DNA from: Octopus sinensis
Lineage: Eukaryota
Assembly (NCBI RefSeq): GCF_006345805.1
Contig: NC_043005.1
Span: 49,538,001-49,602,000, forward strand
DNA length: 64,000 nt
Direction of reading: 5' to 3'
Part shown: one piece after another, positions 1 to 11,339 of the stretch
Layout of the letters: each line of letters opens with the position of its first letter
How positions within the stretch are numbered: the stretch's first letter is position 1
The notes under the pieces: model-generated
Told to the model about the DNA's origin: nothing
What the model saw: only the letters and a program-made list of their open reading frames with translations
Databases searched by the model: none
Made by a program: the position numbers and the translations under genes

Positions 1-1029
1 TGCGTGTGAGTGTACATGCGAGCACACACACACACACACATGAATATATATAGAGGCAGAAAGAGAAAGAGTAAGAGTGTTGTAGAAAAAATACTAATTG
101 AAAGAATGAGACAAAAGTAAAAAGGAACCATAGAGAGGAGGGCAATGGCAAAAGATGGATGATAGACATAGAAAGGTGGGGGAGGGGGAGGCTCCAAAGA
201 AAGGTGACATACAAAAGAGTAGGAGAGAGAGAAAGAGAGAGAGAGAGGAGAGAGAAAGGAGGAGAGAAAGGGGGAGAGAGAGGGAGAGAGAGAGATACTG
301 AGAAGTTGAGTGGTTGAATGTAAAGTATACAGAATCTATGCAAATATGTTAATCAGGTAATTAGCAAGGTGGGACAATGATGAAGAGGTAATAACATTAT
401 ATGTAAATATATGTGTATTTGAGCATGCGTTTTTACCATGTGTGTATGCAACACTTCTATATATCTGTGTATCTGTATGAGTTTTTATTATGATAATGTT
501 TCTGAAAGAGAGAACATTAGAAAAGTAGAATATTAGCAAAGGACAGTGGCAGGTGAGAATTGTTGACAGGTAGGCTGACAAAATACTAAGATGCTGACAG
601 ATTTTATCAAATGATAAGAAGGAATTTACCAGGACCAGGACATTTTCAGTGTAATTTTATGTTCCTTCCTACTGGTCTCTCTTCACAATAGTTACTGTTA
701 AAACTATATTTCTTCTAACTCGTTCACATAGCTTTAAATCAATCTGTTATGAAAGTCTTGTAATTAATGTTCTAAAATGCATTATTACCTGGAATTAATA
801 CTCATTAATTAAAGACGTCAACTTTCAAGTGACAAAGACAAATTCCTATAAAATCGGAAGAAAAAATTATTCCTGAATATTTCCAAGCATTTAAGAGCAG
901 AAAGATAAGTTTATTTTATTAATTAATATTTTGCGTTATTTTCTGATTTTCTGATAAAAAAAAAAGATCCTTGTGAACGTGCCGTATCCTTTCGGATAAT
1001 ACTGGCAAGTTTTGTGTTTGTTTTCCATA

Positions 1030-1779
1030 ATGGAGAGTATGGAGCAAGATAGTCTTGATATAAACAAGTCAATGGACAGCCTTTCAGAAGTGGACCCTTC
1101 AGTTATCTGTTCAACGAATCTCGAAAGTGGAGTTGATCCTGAAAATATTGGTGTTTCTAGAAAGAACGAAAAGGAAGAAGAGAATTTAAAACAAAAAGGC
1201 CAGGGAAATGAGGAAAAAATAGATGAGAGTGACATCAATAAAAGCGAACTGGCCAAAGATGGTGATATTGGTCAAAGTGCTGAATATAAGAAGAGTGGGA
1301 ACCAGTCTCCATGTGAGACTGAAGCCAGTGGTGAAATTACAAAAGTACAATCAGTTGATGATCTATCTTCAAATACTGCAGTAGCCATTGACTCATCAGA
1401 GGTAAAATGTGTGGAGGCAGGTGAGGAGGAAAAGAAAGAAAAAGAGGACGAGGTGGAGAAAGAAACAGAGGGCAAGGAGGAGAAGGAAGAGGAGAGAAAT
1501 GAGAAGAAAATTGAGGAGAGTGGGAAAGGTGAGAAAATGGAAGAAGTGACAGTAGCAGAGGCGAATGAGGAAGGGAGGGATAATCTGAGTGGTGAGCAAG
1601 TGACAGAAGACAGACATCTGTCAGAGGATTCAGTAGAAGCAAAGACCAAAGATAAAGACATCAGCTCTCAACTAGCCGCAGAGCAGTCACCACTGGGCCA
1701 ACCTGCCACTGTTGATTTTGTTACACTTGAAGATGCTCCACGACTGGAAAAACCAATAACATCTATAAAAGAGATGGAG
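1030..1779 (+). CDS. Coding exon A (250 codons, acidic E/K-rich low-complexity N-terminus) of an unidentified multi-exon gene
   Basis: Open frame MESMEQDSLD...KPITSIKEME. In-frame TAA at 997-999 upstream of ATG 1030. Ends at a consensus donor GAG|GTAAGT (1779/1780), phase 0; the ORF-track tail after 1779 is intronic. Confidence 0.8.
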
Positions 1780-1819
1780 GTAAGTCCTTACTGCAGTAAC
1801 AAGCTAGAAAAAAAAATGC

Positions 1820-2240
1820 TTAAGTATGTGGTTCATAGACCTGCTAGTAATAACAACCAAATTTCCTTCAATTTGTGTCCTATTACAAAAAAGGATGGCA
1901 TATTCAATGTCCGTAACAACTCTTTAACACACATGTAAGGGAAACGAGAACATATTTGATATCAATAACATGTATGAGAGAGACACTAAACAATACAATA
2001 ACTTAGATATGTAGTCAAATGTCCTACTTGAAATAACAACCAAATTCCCCTCAATTTGCATCCTTTTATTTAGGATCTGTAACAACTTTAAAACATCTGT
2101 AACAACTTTAAAACGCACATGTAAGGGAAACATAAGAACATATTTAATATCAATAACATGTATATATGAGAAACATTAAAAGATACAAAAACTTTGATAT
2201 GTAGGCATCTGGCCTGCTAGAAATAACAACAAAATCTTCC
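1820..2240 (+). repeat. Degenerate ~186-bp tandem repeat (~2.3 copies)
   Basis: aataacaac recurs at 1849, 2032 and 2222; catgtaagggaaac recurs at 1932 and 2118. Confidence 0.7.
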
Positions 2241-3097
2241 TAAAAATCATACCAAAATGAATATGTTGGTTAATTTAATTTTAAATAACAATGTATTTGA
2301 CCGGCAAAAGAGAAAGAAAGAGTGAAAACATGATCGTATCTGGAATGCCTTTCATCATAATTCTTCTAGGTCATAACTAACCAAGGGCTAAATTGACAAC
2401 ATAGACATTGAACATTTGTATATTCATTAAATTGATATATAGGTATCTTTTCCAGTTTATTTTATTTCTTTATGTCTATTATGTTACATGATACACTACA
2501 TACATCTATAGAGTTGGCAAGCTTTGGTATTTCCTACATGTGTGGGATTTCCCAAATATCTGGGATTTCCTTTGGTTTTTCTGTGAATTTGTAAGTCAGG
2601 CATATATAAAATGTAATTGCTTAAAATAACAGCTACAATCCTTCAAATATTTTATCCTACCTTCTCGAAAACAGATATGCAATAAGGCAGGTTGTTCATG
2701 GCTGGAAGGCATCAAGTCGTAAGTCTATCCAAACAGCTTATTTGAGATGATCCAACAGACAGACACACATGTACACATACATATGTACATACACACATAT
2801 ATATGCATATACATAGCTAAACATTCAGGTGACTTCTGTGTATCTTTATATGTATTCAAGTATTTCTTAATGTATATGTTTTTATGTATGTGTGTGTGTG
2901 TGTGTTTGCATCCATATGTCTATGTATCCAAGCATATCTATAAATGTATATATATATATATATATATATCTGTGTGTGTGTGTGTGTGAGTGTGTATATA
3001 TATATGTAACGTATGTATATATGTATATGTATGTACATATGTTACATGCATGTACGTATGCATATATATATGTATGTATATTATATATATGTGTATG

Positions 3098-3150
<53 letters not shown>

Positions 3151-3200
3151 CTATATATGTATGTATCTATATATGTATGTATATTATATATATGTGTATG

Positions 3201-3241
<41 letters not shown>

Positions 3242-3306
3242 CCGGCATTCACAATGATTGATTGCTAGCCACTTTTATTTTCTCTCTATGTTTATTTCTG
3301 TGTTCA

Positions 3307-3341
3307 TTTCTGAAGAAGAGCGTAGGCTCGAAATATAAGAC
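3307..3341 (+). ncRNA. Degenerate minimal hammerhead-like motif
   Basis: CTGAAGA(3310-3316)-A-GAGC/gtag/GCTC-GAAA(3330-3333)-TATA-AGAC. Core and stem II are clear; stems I and III are weak. Confidence 0.4.
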
Positions 3342-3534
3342 ACTTTCTCACTTCCTGAGCATTAAACTAAGTTGCTCACAAGGTATTGAAATCTTATATG
3401 TATACCATTCTGCCTAATAATGGATCTACAAATGCAATATCCCTGCATATCTCACATCTATTTTCATTCCTCCACTTCACTCTCTATTTCATATCTTATC
3501 TAAATTAACTATTGCTTAACCATTCTATCACACC

Positions 3535-3582
3535 GTCTCTGATGAAGGGATATAATAAATATCCTGGAAACAGCTGTAAGAC
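3535..3582 (+). ncRNA. Minimal type I hammerhead ribozyme (Penelope-like-element type)
   Basis: GTCT-CTGATGA(3539-3545)-A-GGGATAT/aataa/ATATCCT-G-GAAAC(3567-3571)-AGCT-GTA(3576-3578)-AGAC. Stem I GTCT/AGAC, 7-bp stem II, 2-bp stem III with palindromic AGCT loop. All core nucleotides present. Confidence 0.75.
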
Positions 3583-3699
3583 CATCCATTTATAAATGTT
3601 CTAAAATCTTCACAGCCATGGTTTTTATCTCATTCTGAAAAAAAAAATTCATATATACATACATACATACATACATAAATATACATCTGCATGTATGTA

Positions 3700-4066
3700 T
3701 GGCCCAGTGGTTAGGGCAGCGGACTCGCGGTCATAGGATCGCGGTTTCGATCCTCAGACCAGGCGTTGTGAGTGTTTAGTGAGAACACATAATGCTCCAC
3801 AAGGCTCCAGCAGGGGGTGGTGGAGAACCCTGCTGCATTTTTTCACCACAACTTTCTCTCATTCTTTCTTCCTGTTTCTGTTGCACCTGTATTTCAAGGG
3901 GCCAGCCTTGTCACATTCTGTGTCACGCTGAGTCTCCCTGAAAACTACATTAAGGGTACACGTTCTGTGGAGTGCTCAGCCACTTGCATGTTAATTTCAC
4001 GAGCAAGCTGTTCCATTGATCGGATCAACTGGAAAGCTTGTTGTCGCAACTGACGGAGTGCCACAA
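3700..4066 (+). mobile_element. tRNA-derived SINE (family D, my label)
   Basis: Head tggcccagtggttagggcagcggactcgcgg...ggtttcgatcc with A- and B-box-like motifs. Second copy on the minus strand at about 52636-52957. Confidence 0.75.
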
Positions 4067-4115
4067 TTATATATATATATATATATATATATTAATCAAA
4101 GTGTACCATATGATA

Positions 4116-4225
4116 TATCCATTATGGCAGATCTTACCAATTGCTTTTGCTCTAGGGATTCAACGGAGTGTTAGATAACAGTCTGATTATGTAACCCTAT
4201 ACTCATCAGAGGTAGCATTATGGAA
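4116..4225 (-). ncRNA. Hammerhead ribozyme copy (degenerate), left arm of 460-bp foldback
   Basis: Minus strand: CCATAATGCTACCT-CTGATGA(4209-4203)-GTATAGGG...CCCTAGAGC-AAAAG-CAATTG-GTA-AGATCTGCCATAATGG. GAAAC has decayed to AAAAG. Confidence 0.55.
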
Positions 4226-4407
4226 TGAAATATAGCAACTGCTTTCTATTGTTTGAGGTGAATAGACACATCCGGTTTGTGGTTGCCATGGAAAAGAGAA
4301 TGAATCAATCAAGCAGGGGATTGAGTTAAGAGTCCTACCCCTTTATACAACCACAAACTGCATGTGTCTATTCACCTCCAACAATAGAGAGTAGTCACTG
4401 TATTTCA

Positions 4408-4516
4408 TTCCATAACGGCTACCTCTGATGGGTGCAGGGTTATGTAGTTGGACTGTAACCTAACACTTTGTTGAATCCCTAGCACGAAACTGATTGGCAA
4501 GAACGGCCAGAATGGA
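4408..4516 (+). ncRNA. Hammerhead ribozyme copy (degenerate), right arm of 460-bp foldback
   Basis: CCATAACGGCTACCT-CTGATGG(4425-4431)-GTGCAGGG...CCCTAGCAC-GAAAC(4486-4490)-TGATTG-GCA-AGAACGGCCAGAATGG. A9 to G and U16.1 to C changes. Confidence 0.55.
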
Positions 4517-5381
4517 TATATAATACTGAACACTTCAATTAATATATCCACTCTACTGAGAGATATATGATTGCCTTTTTTCCCTGACTTATGGATTCTT
4601 AGACGACTTACAAATACATGCACAAACATATATATGTTCAGCAAAAGAGACCAAAAGAATAAGTATTAGGCTTAGAAAGATATAAGTACTGGGGTACATT
4701 CATTCAACTAAAAATTCTTCAAGCAGAGCCCCAGCATGGCTGCAGACTAATAACTGAAACAAGTAAAAGGTATTCCCTCTCTCTCTTTCGGAGAGGCACT
4801 GAGCAGCTATACGCACACATACACACACGGCAGTACCTCCACCTACCGAATTCAATCACAAAGCTCCGGTCGGCTCGGGGCTATAGTGGAAGACACCTAC
4901 CCAAAATGCCACGCAGTGGGACTGAACCCGAAACCATGTGCGAATATACATACTCATGCGCACACACACACATACATACATATATATGCATGCATGTATG
5001 TATATATGTATATGAATGTATGTACATGTATATAATAAAAGATTATCAAAGAATGGAGTTAGCAAATTGCATATATTGCTTAGTTGACAATTCTTTCATT
5101 GATTTCAATTAAACCAATCTTGTGTCGTGTTGTTCCCAAGTCAACAATTACAGTTTCATCTACATGCAGTGTGCAGTCTTTCCATGTCATATGGTGGTTA
5201 GGGAGCTTGCTTCCTAGCTACATGGTTTCGGGTTCAGTCCCACTGCGTGGCACTTTGGGTAGGTGTCTTCCACTATAGCCCCGAGCCGACCGGAGCTTTG
5301 TGATTGAATTCGGTAGGTGGAAGTTACTGCCGTGTGTGTACGTGTGTGTATAGCTGCACAGTGCCTCTCCGAAAGCGAGAG

Positions 5382-5447
<66 letters not shown>

Positions 5448-5732
5448 GATATAATATAATACACATAGATATATTATTTATTGATATATAAGGGTAAAAT
5501 CCAAGTGTAGGAAGTTTGTAAGCTTCAGGCAATCTATAGTAGGTAAAGGAAACAAAGAGTGGACTGTGTACATTCAGGAACAATAACAATTTATTGGTGT
5601 CAAAGATTACACACTTTTACCATGTTGAAGTCACAAGGAAATTTGATAAACTGAAAATTTCTTTATAGCTCACAGTTAGCAACTAGAGTTGCTATGAATA
5701 CAAATAAAAATCCAAAATGAAGGAGTGGAATA

Positions 5733-5831
5733 GGTAAAATCCAAGCTACATATGTTTCCTAGTTAACTGAACCTTGATGTAATAATAACTCAGTGGTTGC
5801 TCAGCTAGCTACTCATCAGGCCAAGGATACC
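5733..5831 (-). ncRNA. Type I hammerhead ribozyme with extended stems I and II
   Basis: Minus strand: GGTATCC-TTG-GC-CTGATGA(5819-5813)-G-TAGCTAGCTGAGCAACC...GGTTCAGTTAACTA-G-GAAAC(5758-5754)-ATAT-GTA-GC-TT-GGAT-TTT-ACC. The only clear defect is a G.G mismatch at 10.1/11.1. Confidence 0.75.
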
Positions 5832-5976
5832 TTAATCTTATAAAGGTTACATTGTCATTTAGGAATCCCAAGTCAACTCACTGTATATGTGATTTGAAAT
5901 GTGTGATAAAGCTGGAGAAACAAACACATGTAAACTGGATATTCTCATTTTCTATATATAATATATATAATATATA

Positions 5977-6488
5977 TACTCTTTTACTTGTTTCAGTCAT
6001 TTGACTGTGGCCATGCTGGAGCACCGCCTTTTTCAGTCGAGCAAATCGACTTCAGGACTTATTCTTTGTAAGCCTAGTACTTATTCTATCAGTCTCTTTT
6101 GCCAAAACGCTAAGTTATGGGGATGTAAACACACCAGCATAGGTTGTAAAGCGATGCTGGGGGGACAAACACAGACACACAAACATATACACACACATAT
6201 ACATACATACATACATACATACATACATACATACATACATACATACATGTGTGTGTGTATGTATGTATGTGTATGTGTATATGTTTGTGTGTCTGTGTTA
6301 TATATATATATACACACATATATACAACGAGCTTCTTTCAGTTTCCGTCTACCAAATCCACTCACAAGGCTTTGGTCGGCCCGAGGCTATAGTAGAAGAC
6401 ACTTTCCCAAGGTGCCATGCAGTGGGACTGAACCCAGAACCATGTGGTTGATAAGCAAGCTACTTACCACACAGCCACTCCTGCGCCT
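5977..6488 (-). mobile_element. tRNA-derived SINE family A (my label) with internal (AT)/(ATAC) microsatellite
   Basis: Reverse complement of the ggctgtgtggtaag...ggttcagtcccactgc...gaaactgaaagaagc...ctccagcatggcc...gtaaaagag body seen in many copies. Confidence 0.8.
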
Positions 6489-7187
6489 ATATGTATATAT
6501 ATATATAATACTAGCAGCTAAGCGTGGTTTCACCTGGTCAGTTTGGATGATGTGGCTGTAAAACCTGCTCTGTGTAAGCATTCGACTTGTTTGAGCATGC
6601 TTACATTTAAAAACAATTTTAGAATGACTTTTTTCTGTCAAAACGCTAAAAATAACTGACCAACAAAAAAACAAGATTCAACCAAATCAAAAAATAAACC
6701 CAAACACTAAGCAAACAAAGATGAACCATTTCACTTCCATTGTGCATGCCCATGCACATGGATACACAAACACATACACACACATTCACATACCCCCCTT
6801 TTACATACACACACTTATATGATGGTAATGTTTTGTTTACAACTGTTATATCATATGATGTCTACACTTGAAAAATACTAATATACATACAAAATTTTGC
6901 ACATGTACACATACACACTTGCATGATAGGCTTGTTTTAGTTTCTCTCTTCCAAATCCACTCACAAGGCTTTGGTCAACCTGGAGCTATAGCAGAATTAG
7001 CTAAAGTGCCATGCAAGCTGACATTAAATGATGATAATAATTGTGTTTGTGTGTGTGTGTACATATTATCAACAGCAGCAACATTTTAGCGCCCACTTTT
7101 CCAGGATTTCACGAGTCAGAGAGAATGTATTGAGGAGGATTTTCTACAGCCAAATATCTGTTTCATAGTCAACCTCTAACTTGTTTT

Positions 7188-7597
7188 AGGTGTAGGAGTG
7201 GCTGTGTGGTAAGTAGCTTGCTTACGGACCACATGGTTCCGGGTTCAGTCCCACTGCATGGCACCTTGGGCAAGTGTCTTCTACTATAGCCTTGGACCGA
7301 CCAAAGCCTTTTGAGTGGATTTGGTAGACGGAAACTGAAAGAAACCCATCGTATATATGTATATATATGTATGTGTGTGTATGTGTTTGTGTGTCTGTGT
7401 TTATTCCCCCAACATCGTTTGACAACCGATGCTGGTGTGTTTACACCCCTGTAACTTAGCGGTTTGGCAAAAAGGACCAATAGACTAAGTACTAGGCTTA
7501 CAAAGAATAAATCCTGGGGTCGATTTGCTCGACTAAAAAAGGCGGTGCTCCAGCATGGCCACAGTCAAATAACTGAAACAAGTAAAAGAGTAAAGAG
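7188..7597 (+). mobile_element. SINE family A, near full-length
   Basis: Same body. Other copies or fragments at about 4790-4935(-), 5190-5340, 13305-13842, 16250-16390(-), 17215-17370, 24390-24560, 30431-30832, 43238-43643(-), 51925-52085, 53790-53945, 56580-56710, 57720-58118(-), 62140-62290(-). Confidence 0.85.
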
Positions 7598-7689
7598 TAT
7601 GATAATATTTGTTTGGACTAAATTTGAGTTTGCAAGAAAGGAAAAGAGAACATAACATCCCATCCAAGAATAAAAGTATTTCAAAAGGT

Positions 7690-8290
7690 CAACTAGATTG
7701 TGGCTGGGCAGTTAGAGTTTACTTAAAGTAGCCACCCTCAGCTTCCACCACAGCCTCAAAATGGCTCCTGGTCCTGGCACATGCATTCCTCTTGATTTCT
7801 GCAGCTGTGCTTTCTTGTTGTTGCAGGCAGAGCAGTTGGTGTCTTTCTCAACTGTACTTCACACATAGTAATCAGGAATTTCAAAGGCCAGAAATTAGAG
7901 CGGGTGAAGTTGTAGAAATTCTCCAACAACACTTCTCACTCTTTCTGGAGGTGTGGCAAAGAGCCAAATCCTACTGCTATACATATGGCCTCCCAATAGC
8001 AACCCTTTCCAGCCAGGATTTAACCACAGTCTCCAGGAGCTTCACATAACCATCTTAATTGAGCCTAAGGCCCTGTTAAAAAATGTGGGGATGAGATCTG
8101 GTGCATGAACACAGTTAGAACGCCTGCTGTATCCCTTCCTGCTGGTGAGTGACTTTGTAATCTGCTCAGAGCACTGGGTAGTAGTCATGATGTCCGCATT
8201 TTGATACCTGGTGTGAATCATTACACTTCAAGTAACTCTTTTCCAGTATTCAGATGGCTTCTAGTCCCCCATGTTAGCTAACTTTTTCTC
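7690..8290 (-). pseudogene. Decayed Tc1/mariner-superfamily (maT/rosa-like) transposase fragment
   Basis: Minus translation with stops: HIF*QGLRLN*DGYVKLLETVVKSWLERVAIGRPYV*Q*DLALCHTS ... EAVVEAEGGYF. These match the C-terminal DDD-domain motifs. Confidence 0.65.
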
Positions 8291-8407
8291 AACTACAAAT
8301 TTAATCTTTATGCTCTCCAATGCCATTGATTGTTCACCAATATATGAAGCTGTTTCTAAAAAAGAGACATAAAAAGGAAAATCATCAAATTCAGCCTGAA
8401 CATCCTC

Positions 8408-8444
<37 letters not shown>

Positions 8445-9256
8445 GTGTGTGAGATCAAGCAGAAAGCAGGCATTGTATTCAATGCTTCATGTTCTATAAA
8501 GCATTAAATATCATATCTGTTTTCTGCTTAATTATTGTTATTTGTATTACTAAGCTCATATTCCACACACTAGCCTATTCTGAGGGTGATACCCCACATT
8601 GTACTACACTGAAATCTGGAATACATGTGCAACCCTCTACTGAGCTTGATCTTTGGTTAGGTAACAAGCTTCACAATGGCCTTTATATATATATATATAT
8701 ATATACACAATCATATAAACATATATATATGAATATCTCCAATGTTTAATGAATGCATTGACCTACAGATCCATGCTTAATATGAATAGTATATTTCATT
8801 ATTTAATTGTGTATAGCATGCGCCAGACAAAATGGTTAGCGGCATTTCATCAATCTCTATGTTCTGAGTTCAAATTCCACCAAGGTTGATTTTGCCTTTT
8901 GGGGTCAAGCACTGGAGTCGATATAATCGACTGTCTTCCTCCCACAATCTCAGGCCTTGTGCCTATAGTAGAAAGGACTGTTTCATTGTGTAAATAACAT
9001 ATTAAGTAAACATTCAGGATTCAGTGAAAGTTAAAATAGTTTTATTTTGTTTGAAATTATTATATTGTAATGCATCATTGGCTTTATGTGTCCCACATAA
9101 GGTCTTGATAGTGCTGTTTTAGTACTTCAGATGACAGCATGATGAGAGCAACCTCATTGCATTCAGGTGCACTGAAATGACATGCTTACTCTTCAGATAG
9201 TCTCTTGTGTTTATCAATGACAACTTGAAACTCCAAAGTGGATGCAGACTCTAAGG

Positions 9257-10131
9257 CAGTGTTACTCAAACTTTTTATGCCAAATTGCAATATTGCCCAA
9301 CTATTGGCCAAAGAATGATCCATCGATCACCCACCTGTGTAAAAAATCCTGACGTAATCGACTGCATCGACCTCAAACAGATTGCTATACCAGTTTGGAA
9401 TATTCAGCGTAATAACATCTTGAAATCACTCCAACATGTCATTGTGCAATGATTGTGAATAGTTGTGATAGGTAGTTAAATCCTCATCAACCAATTAATC
9501 TTTCAAAGAATCGAGTTGTGGAAATTGATGGAGTTGACATTTTGAAATGTTAGTTTTATACAGCATCTATTTTGAAATGAAGGTAGTCAAATGATTTACA
9601 ATCAACAAGAGTTTTTCTGTTTCCTTGCAATAACTTATTACTTATTCAAATCATTTAATTTTGTGAATATATTACAAAGAAAAAGATGTCGCAGCTTGCA
9701 GCCATCAATGAAGCGGTACGATTATATGAAACAGTTCAACAAAGTGTAAAACAACAGTTTCCTTTTGACTGCCACCACACTTCTACATGCGGGACATCAT
9801 ACGATTATGCCAAAAAAAAAAAAAAATTGTGGTGGAGTGTGATTTAAGGCTGCTATTTTTAGCACATATGACAACCATCTCAATGACTGTGTGAGAAAAC
9901 TATTCAATTGATAAACAAGCCTGCTTATTTAATACAAGAGACATCTTATGCGAGTAGTCAAATCGATAAAAGTGCATCCTTATTCTAGGCATGCCTAGAT
10001 ATAAGTAAATGCAGAATTAATTTCTAAAAATTCTTCGTCACCCACAAAATGTTCACATCGCCCATCATTTTCTAGAAATTCACCGATTGCCCACCAGCGC
10101 TGGGCAATATTACCCACTTTGGGAAGCTATG
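9257..10131. mobile_element. Non-autonomous hAT (Charlie-like) DNA transposon
   Basis: Imperfect TIRs cagtgttactcaaa / tttgggaagctatg. 8-bp TSD ctctaagg (9249-9256) / ctctaaag (10132-10139). Confidence 0.65.
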
Positions 10132-10354
10132 CTCTAAAGCATACTTGAAACTCCTAACTTAGGTGTTCTTTGCATGGACCATATTTTGAAGTTTAAGAAT
10201 CAAGTCAAACCTTGTATCTGAGGAGATGGTGTTTCTATTGTGAGCCCCTCACCTCAAGTCATCAAGAAAGTACAGCTGCAGAAATCAAGGCTGTTCTTTG
10301 GGAAGGGGCAGAAGTGAACCAATCTCTTGGTAAAATTGTTCTTATACTCTAACA

Positions 10355-10777
10355 CAGTGGTTCTCAACTGGGAATCATATGGTCCCTGAGGTCCATATAC
10401 GATTTTTGGAGGTACATGCAATAGAATAGTAAATTGGGGATCCACAATAGTATTTTAAGGGCTCCTGAGAATAATTAGGTTTCTCTCTCTAACATTTTAC
10501 ATAGTTCAACCTACACAAGCTAATGTGTGTAAAACAAAATAGGAATTTTGAAAGAAGTTTCTATAAAACTAGTTTTTGAACATTGGATGGTTATGGGGGT
10601 CCACCAGAATAAAATAATAATCAAAGGGATCCATCATCATCATCATCGTTTAATGTCCGTTTTCCATGCTAGCATGGGTTGGACAGTTCGACCGGGATCT
10701 GGGAAGCCAGGAGGCTGCACCAGGCTCCAGTCTGATCTGGCAGTGTTTCTACAGCTGGATGCCCTTGAGAACTCCTG
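10355..10777. mobile_element. hAT-type MITE interrupted by a SINE-B fragment
   Basis: Ends cagtggttctcaac / ttgagaactcctg. 8-bp TSD ctctaaca (10347-10354) / ctctgaca (10778-10785). SINE-B(-) piece at about 10635-10765. Confidence 0.65.
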
Positions 10778-11339
10778 CTCTGACATTTGGTAATTCTCTT
10801 CTTTTGATGATGTTGGCTGCAAAGAAAGTCATTTGGAAAATTGAGTTATATATTTTGATGTTCTTCAAAATGTGCATGATTTCCCAGTATCAGCTTTATG
10901 AAGCTATTGCCATGGCTCTAGTGGATCAGCAAGGATCTTTAGATGAATCTTTTCATTATAATGACATATTTCATTTGTCTTGTTTCTATTTCTTGGTAAA
11001 GCACATGTCACAAATTTTGAACATGATAGCAATTGAAACTATTGTTTTAGATGTATAGTCATGCCCATGATCTATCCTCTATTTTATCTTACACTTTGTT
11101 TTCTGCTTTGCCTAGCACTGTTCAAGAGTTTCTTGGGGTCTATGTAGAGCCTGTCTGGCAGCATTCTGTTGAAGGCAAATCTGTTGTTTATCAGTTGTTT
11201 CCCATTATCTATAGATATGTTTCTTTATTGGCCACACAGGGCTGGACACAGATGGGACAAATTACAAAGTAGAGCTTTTCTTTTTGGGGAGATAAAAAAA
11301 GTGGGGTAGGTTTTCAATCAAAAGGGATTGTAAAAAGGA

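Larger units (their letters stand above)
4087..4547. mobile_element. ~460-bp foldback (palindromic) element with a hammerhead in each arm
   Basis: 4087-4286 is the imperfect reverse complement of 4348-4547 (e.g. tttgaggtgaatagacacat / atgtgtctattcacctccaa), around a ~60-bp central loop. A half copy with the same outer end is at about 16096-16236. Confidence 0.8.

Noticed and set aside
1272-1661. Ser/Phe-rich minus-strand ORFs (also 32923-34827)
   Set aside because: Antisense shadows of the purine-rich coding exons A and B.
2747-3268. Many ORFs of YI/CV/HT/MYVC repeats here and throughout the window
   Set aside because: They are translations of (AT)n, (AC)n and (ATAC)n microsatellites, not genes.
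3700-3762. tRNA-like cloverleaf heads (also about 7195, 13997 and other SINE starts)
   Set aside because: They continue into SINE bodies and lack a proper acceptor stem, so they are not tRNA genes.
7570-7590. SINE-A tail AGTC-aaat-GACT-GAAAC-AA-GTA resembling half a hammerhead
   Set aside because: No CUGANGA upstream in any copy in the window.
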